Shown piece by piece: positions 59,128 to 64,000 of a stretch of 64,000 bases of DNA. Each line of letters starts with the position of its first letter. Positions within the stretch are counted from its first letter, which is position 1. The notes beneath the pieces were generated by a model, which was not told where the DNA came from, did not search any database, and saw only the letters and a list, made by a program, of their open reading frames with translations. The stretch is taken from the NCBI GenBank assembly GCA_963664435.2, contig CAXXKM010000002.1:224001-288000 (forward strand). The letters run 5' to 3'. Source of the DNA: Longimicrobiales bacterium. Its GTDB lineage: Bacteria; Gemmatimonadota; Gemmatimonadetes; Longimicrobiales; Gaopeijiaceae. Both the position numbers and the translations under genes were made by a program.

Positions 59128-60657
59128 CTACCAGAAGACGACGTACAGCACCGCCGCCCCGGCGATCACCCCGCCGGCCCAGAACCGCCCGCCCGGCGCC
59201 GGCGTCAGATCCACGGCCGCTTCGGACCGCGGCAGCGCGCGCGCTTCCTCCAGCGGACGCACTCGCGTGACCATCCCCATGAACGCGCAGATCACCAGGA
59301 ACGTGATCGCCATGTGGTGCAGGAACGCCACTTCGGGAAGCAGCCATAGGAGCAGACCGTAGACCGGAACCCCGAGCAGCATGCCGCCGAAAGCTGCCCG
59401 CGGCGGCGTCCGGGGCACGAACAGGCCGAACAGGAAGGCGGCCACGATCCCGGGCGAAATGAAGCCCCAGAACATCTGGATGTACTCGAAGACGCTCCCC
59501 GCCCGCGCGACCAGCGGCGCCCACAGACACCCCACCACGGCCAGAACCGCGGTCGTCACCCGCCCGACCGTCATGAGCCGGCGCGATGAGGCCTGCGGGC
59601 GCAGGTGCCGCTTGTAGAGGTCGACGCTGAAGATCGTCGCCGCCGAGTTGAGCATCGAGTCAAGCGAACTCATCACCGCCCCGAAGAGCGCCGCGAACAT
59701 GAGCCCGGTGAGACCCGCGGGCAGCAGCTCGCGCATCATCACCGGGTACGCCTGGTCCGGATTCGACACCTGCTCGGCGAACAGCTCCGCGGCCATGATC
59801 CCGGGGAAGACGATGATGAAGGGGATGAGCAGCTTGATGAAGCCGGCCAGGAAGATGCCGCGCTGCGCGTCGGCCAGGCTGCGGGCGGCCAGCGTCCGCT
59901 GGGTGATGAACTGGTTCAATCCCCAGTAGAAGATGTTGGGGATCCAGAGCCCGCCGATGAAGACCGCAAGCCACGGCATCTCGGGATGATTCCATGGGAG
60001 AACGGTGTGAAGCTTGCCCTCGGCGGCCGCGAGAAAGGGTTCGATGCCCCCGATCGCGCGAAAGCCGAGCACCGTCACCAGCACGCCGCCCAGCAGCAGG
60101 GCCACGCCCTGGATGAGATCGGACCACACGACGGCCCTCAATCCGCCGTAGATGGTGTATCCGCCGGCCAGCACGCCGATCAGCCAGATGCCCGCCCCGA
60201 TGTCCAGCCCGAAGATGGATTCCAGCGCAAGCGCCCCGGAGTACAGCACCGTGGCAAGGGCGACCAGGACATACGCCGCCATGATGTACATTGCCATGAG
60301 CGTGCGCGTGCGCACGTCGTAGCGGTACTCGAGGAACTCCGGGATGGTGTAGATGCCCGCCTGCAGGAAGCGCGGGAGGAAGAACAGGCCCACCAGCACG
60401 AGCGTGACCGCGGCCATCCACTCGTAGCTGGCGATGGCGAGCCCGAGATCGTACCCGCGGCCCGCCATGCCTACGAAGTGCTCCGTGGAGATGTTGGACG
60501 CGATCAGGGAGAAGCCGATCAGCCACCACGGCAGATTGCGGCCCGCGAGGAAGTAGCCCGCCGCATCGTGCCTGCCGCGGGAGGCGTACAGCGACACCCC
60601 CACCACGAGGGCCAGGAAGCCCGCGAAGGCGGCGAGGTCGAGCGGTTGGAAGGTCAC
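59128..60657 (-). CDS. Sodium:solute symporter (SGLT-like)
   Basis: YFLAGR, SLIASNISTEH, YGGLRAVVWSD, YWGLNQFITQR and AALFGAVMSSL motifs. Confidence 0.93.
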   Translation of the reverse strand: MTFQPLDLAAFAGFLALVVGVSLYASRGRHDAAGYFLAGRNLPWWLIGFSLIASNISTEHFVGMAGRGYDLGLAIASYEWMAAVTLVLVGLFFLPRFLQAGIYTIPEFLEYRYDVRTRTLMAMYIMAAYVLVALATVLYSGALALESIFGLDIGAGIWLIGVLAGGYTIYGGLRAVVWSDLIQGVALLLGGVLVTVLGFRAIGGIEPFLAAAEGKLHTVLPWNHPEMPWLAVFIGGLWIPNIFYWGLNQFITQRTLAARSLADAQRGIFLAGFIKLLIPFIIVFPGIMAAELFAEQVSNPDQAYPVMMRELLPAGLTGLMFAALFGAVMSSLDSMLNSAATIFSVDLYKRHLRPQASSRRLMTVGRVTTAVLAVVGCLWAPLVARAGSVFEYIQMFWGFISPGIVAAFLFGLFVPRTPPRAAFGGMLLGVPVYGLLLWLLPEVAFLHHMAITFLVICAFMGMVTRVRPLEEARALPRSEAAVDLTPAPGGRFWAGGVIAGAAVLYVVFW

Positions 60658-60720
60658 GGATCACGTTCTCGTCCACGGGGAGGCACGGGAAGGATACGCC
60701 CTGCAGACCCGGACCTGGTG

Positions 60721-60735
60721 TGACCAGTATGGTCA
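60721..60735. promoter_or_regulatory. Palindromic operator candidate upstream of the SSS transporter
   Basis: Perfect TGACCA-GTA-TGGTCA about 65 bp upstream of the start. Confidence 0.5.
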
Positions 60736-60898
60736 AGACAGGCCGATCGGCCGTCAAGCTCAACGCACGGCACCCTGACGCAACTTAAGGGCCTACCGTC
60801 GCCGCCAGTGACGGGAATCCGGACGGCCGCGGTGGGGCGATGCTAGTTTCGACCATGGGAACAACCATGACGGCATTGATTCAGGAGCCTCGAGAGCG

Positions 60899-61135
60899 GT
60901 GACCGGATACCTGTTCGTGGCGCTCGCGGTGCTCGTGGCCCTGGCCGGATGGCGGGTCCGGAACCGGCTGCGTCACCGGACCCGGAGCGGGGTGACGGAT
61001 GAGATCGTCCATGAAATCGAGACGCTCGGGCGTGTGGACGCGGAGGATGTCGAGCCGGTGGACCTGGAGCGGGCGCGGGCCGAAGAGGACGAGTTCTGGG
61101 CCCAAACCTGGGACCAGCCTGAAGAGGACTGGTAG
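60899..61135 (+). CDS. Small single-pass membrane protein with acidic C-terminus
   Basis: N-terminal TM helix, basic stretch, and acidic tail EEDEFW..TWDQPEEDW. Confidence 0.7.
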   Translation: MTGYLFVALAVLVALAGWRVRNRLRHRTRSGVTDEIVHEIETLGRVDAEDVEPVDLERARAEEDEFWAQTWDQPEEDW

Positions 61136-61282
61136 GCCCTTGACCCTGACGTAACGGGGGGGAGGTTACACTGGAACCATTCCCCGGTGGCTACCGGGGT
61201 GCATCCCGCCGATACCCGCCCACGAGGGGATCGTATCAACGGGATCGGCGACGGGATTTTGTCGGTCAGCGGGGCAGCAGGG

Positions 61283-61753
61283 CTATGGGGAAACGTGGGC
61301 TTCCGGATCGCGATCTGCCACCACGTCCAGGGCGATGCCGTGCTCCAGCCATGCCTTGAGCGCGGCGAGGACGAGAGTGAAACCGCCCATACAGTCGAGT
61401 GCCATGCCGACAACCTCCTCTTCGGTCCCCCGGAACCCGGTGTTGGAGATCTGAACGAGGGTCGCTTCCGCTCCGAGCGAAGTGAACTGCCACTCCACGG
61501 TCGTCGAGGGCTCGCCCCATTCGATGAGGATGCTGGAGGGCCGCTCGATCGCCTTGACGTGGACATCGGCAGAGACGCCGTAAATCTCCCACTCCCAGGT
61601 CACCTTCGCGCCCGGCTCCAGCGTTCCGCTGCTCCTGGTGAACCAGAAGCGGGTAGTGATGGTGGGATCGATGAACGCGTCGAATACCTCGTCGGCCGGC
61701 CGCCGGACGAGCATCTGTGCCTGAACGACAGGATCGATCACCTCGCCTCCCAA
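61283..61753 (-). CDS. SRPBCC/AHSA1-like domain protein
   Basis: MLVRRP..EVFDAFIDP.ITTRFWF and GGFTLVLAALKAWLEHG motifs. Confidence 0.88.
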   Translation of the reverse strand: MGGEVIDPVVQAQMLVRRPADEVFDAFIDPTITTRFWFTRSSGTLEPGAKVTWEWEIYGVSADVHVKAIERPSSILIEWGEPSTTVEWQFTSLGAEATLVQISNTGFRGTEEEVVGMALDCMGGFTLVLAALKAWLEHGIALDVVADRDPEAHVSP

Positions 61754-61845
61754 CGGTCGGGGCGCTCATCTGCGACCGTCAGATGGTCGACTGGTCGCTC
61801 GGTACCATCCTGGCACATCGCGATGCCGCCGGGAAGGGCGTCCCC

Positions 61846-61876
61846 TTGATCCTGACGTAACGTCATGCGGTGTCAT
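61846..61876 (+). promoter_or_regulatory. MerR-type promoter/operator candidate
   Basis: TTGATC followed by dyad TGACGT-A-ACGTCA within a 19-bp spacer before a weak -10 (TGTCAT). A near copy lies at 61137-61156. Confidence 0.5.
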
Positions 61877-61903
61877 GTTTGTATCTTTCTGTGGTCGTTG
61901 GCG

Positions 61904-63113
61904 TTACGTGTTCGGCAGCCCGGATTCCCGCTGTTTGACTCCCGCTATTCTCGACTCCCGTCGCGACCCGCGGCGGCGGGCTTCCAGAGCGTTCCGAAGC
62001 TGTCCTTCATCGGCTCGCTGATAGCACTGAAGCACCGTCTTGGCGGTCTTCCAGCCTCCGAGTTCGCACAACACTTTGAGCGGTTGGTCCATGAGGTCGG
62101 AGGCAAACTTCCGCCTCAAGGAGTGCCAGCCTCTCCCGCGCTTGGGTTCCAACCCCGCCAGCTTCTGGGCCCTGTCCCACCAAAAGCGTACAAGCGTCCG
62201 TCCCGCGCATCTCGAAGCGTCCCTCGGCGCAGGGAGCACCGGACCGTTGCCGGTCCCCGGGCTTCTACGTCGCGCCTCCATGAGGGCTGCGCTCGCCTCA
62301 GCAGTCACCGGTGTGTAGTGCTCGTATCCTGTCTTCTCGTGCTCCGCCCGCCACCGAACCGTTTCCGCTTCAAGATCGATATCCGACCATCGGAGCTGGC
62401 GAATGGCTCCGATGCGGTGTCCCGTCTCGTGCGCGAGCACGAGCGCGACGTAGAAGCGCCAATTGACCTGCCCGGACACTCCGAGAAGCGCCTGGTATTC
62501 CTCTTCGGACAACACCACTCGCGTGGGGTTCTTCTCCGTGGGCGTCTTCAGGCCTCTCAGGGGATTCGAGTCAAGGAGCAGGTTGCCCTGCACGTCCCTC
62601 GACTTGGCGGCCCAGTTGAGCACGGCGATCAGGAACTTCAGGTCGCTTTCGATGGTCCGGTCGGACACCGGCCTGCCGCTCGGGCCGATCTTGCCCGCGC
62701 GCCGTGCCCGGATGAACCGGTCCCAGTCGCGCTGAGAGAGCGTCGCGGGACTCCGGCCCCGTCCGAAGAACCGGAGGAACATCGTTGTCGCCGCCCGGTC
62801 GGATCGTTGAGATGTCTCCGCCTTCGTGGGCGTCACCTCTTCACCGTAGATGTCAAAGAGCCTCTCCAGCGTGAGCGGCTCGGGTTCCTTGTGGCCGTTC
62901 GGCTCCGGCTTTGCGAACCCTGCGGCGAACTCGTCCGCCTCCCGCTTCGCGCGCCTCCAGTCGCGGTGCTTCAGCGACCGGGTGAGCCTGCGTCCGTTCT
63001 CGCGCCACTCCATCTGGTACAGGCCGGTCTTGGCGTCGGGAAACACCCTCACCCGGTTCCGGCCCCATTCACCGGCGCCGTAAGAGCGCCGACTTCCGTT
63101 TCGTGCGTGCCAT
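61904..63113 (-). pseudogene. Tyrosine integrase with an apparent +1 frameshift near codon 6
   Basis: Catalytic pattern TGHR...HEK...HSLRR...LGGW...CY in 61904..63052. ATG 63113 (MARTKR) is one base out of frame with SRRSYGAGEWGRNRVRVFP. Confidence 0.75.
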
Positions 63114-63759
63114 CATTCGATTCCTCCGATGATGGACTGCACGATCTGCGCACTTGAAAGCTCGCATGTGGGTGGCGTTTTCTCCAGTCGCGCTCAGAAG
63201 CGCGTTTCCGGTCCGGAATCGCGTCGCCGGGGCCGTAGCGCGAAGTGCCATCCGCATCGTGGGTGGGCGGGCACGAAAACGGCTTACGGGGGACACACGT
63301 CCGATTCCAAATATCGTTGGACGCCTTGTGGGTACGGCGCAAAGGGGCGGTGGCGGTGATCCTTGGGATCGTTCCAACCTCCTGATGCCGTTGCCGTCAC
63401 TACGGTGGAGCGCCGGGGTGTGATCAACCTCGTTCCCGTAGCGGCCTAACTTAGCGCAACGCCAGTTGGTGGCGTGGAGTACGGTTCGGCGGAGGCCTCT
63501 AGCGGTGCCAAGCGAGCGAGCGGTGAAGTTTGCTCATGCGATCAAGGGCCGGCAACGTAGACCGCGAGCCAAAGAAGGATGGATCCACCGGAAACAGGAG
63601 CCAAGATTGAGCAGCCACCAAGACCAACAAGTGGATGCGATTCTGGAAATGCTGCAGCGAATCCTGACGGCGCTCGAAAGGCACAACAAGACGCGGGGCA
63701 CATCTCCACAACTCCACGCGGTTTCCGAGTTGTACGATGAGCCCCATTACATCAGAGTC

Positions 63760-63860
63760 AGTGCCGCCATGCTGGCCCGCCAAAGCGATCCACTCGGCCT
63801 GCCGGCCCGTCAGCGCAAACCGCTCCAACGCCCTCTCGGGGGCTTGAGATGGACGAGCAT
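63760..63860 (-). pseudogene. Frameshifted, truncated remnant of an element-associated gene
   Basis: ATG 63860 MLVHLKP, a frameshift in a C run, then ERALERFALTGRQAEWIALAGQHGG, after which coding-like character is lost. Confidence 0.35.
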
Positions 63861-64000
63861 GCTCCGTCCGCCGTCGTCTCCATGGCGAAGCGGTGAAGAA
63901 CCGGTCGGAGGGAAGTCAACCCGTCGGGAACCTCCAAGATATCCGTAGTTGTGCGACCGGGAGCCCTCCCGGAGGGCGCTCGCGATAGACGCTCGCTCGC

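Larger units (their letters stand above)
61880..64000. mobile_element. Left edge of a (decaying) integrative element
   Basis: Integrase, short direct repeats at its 3' end, visibly lower GC, fragmented ORFs to the window end. Confidence 0.6.

Noticed and set aside
63120..63500. tRNA or excisionase upstream of the integrase
   Set aside because: No cloverleaf or T-loop consensus recognised; the short ORFs lack a convincing HTH.

Overview
GC-rich bacterial chromosome segment. Gene content and style (many secreted peptidases, VPS10/BNR hydrolase, cadherin-like lipoprotein, TonB-type outer-membrane proteins) resemble Gemmatimonadota, possibly host/sponge-associated; this is inferred, not proven. 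From left to right: 5' part of icmF; a divergent lipid cluster (SPT-like AOS enzyme, ADC-fold protein and DAG/sphingosine-kinase family on minus; acyltransferase, Tam41-like nucleotidyltransferase and CDP-alcohol phosphotransferase on plus); secreted hydrolases; an AAA_14/DUF4143 ATPase-nuclease; DUF305 plus two tandem LVIVD-like beta-propeller lipoprotein paralogs; hicAB; an HD-domain protein; an outer-membrane barrel; a cadherin-like lipoprotein; an operon of cupin, small CC-terminal protein, Get3/ArsA-like ATPase, CstA and giant M14 peptidase; nadA-nadC plus a DUF5522/PP-loop fusion; vapBC; a kinase-M23-phospho-lyase triple fusion; an AAA_21/DUF4276 pair; lactate permease; a bCerS-like GNAT; a cobalamin riboswitch-btuB-DUF6580-BtuF-like unit; more peptidases and transporters; and the decayed edge of an integrative element with a frameshifted tyrosine integrase. 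The best candidates for uncharacterised systems are the putative phospho-sphingolipid cluster, the CstA/Get3-like/CC-protein module, the DUF305/propeller pair and the BtuCD-less B12 uptake unit. All family assignments come from motif recognition by eye; no searches were run. No CRISPR array, rRNA or tRNA was recognised.
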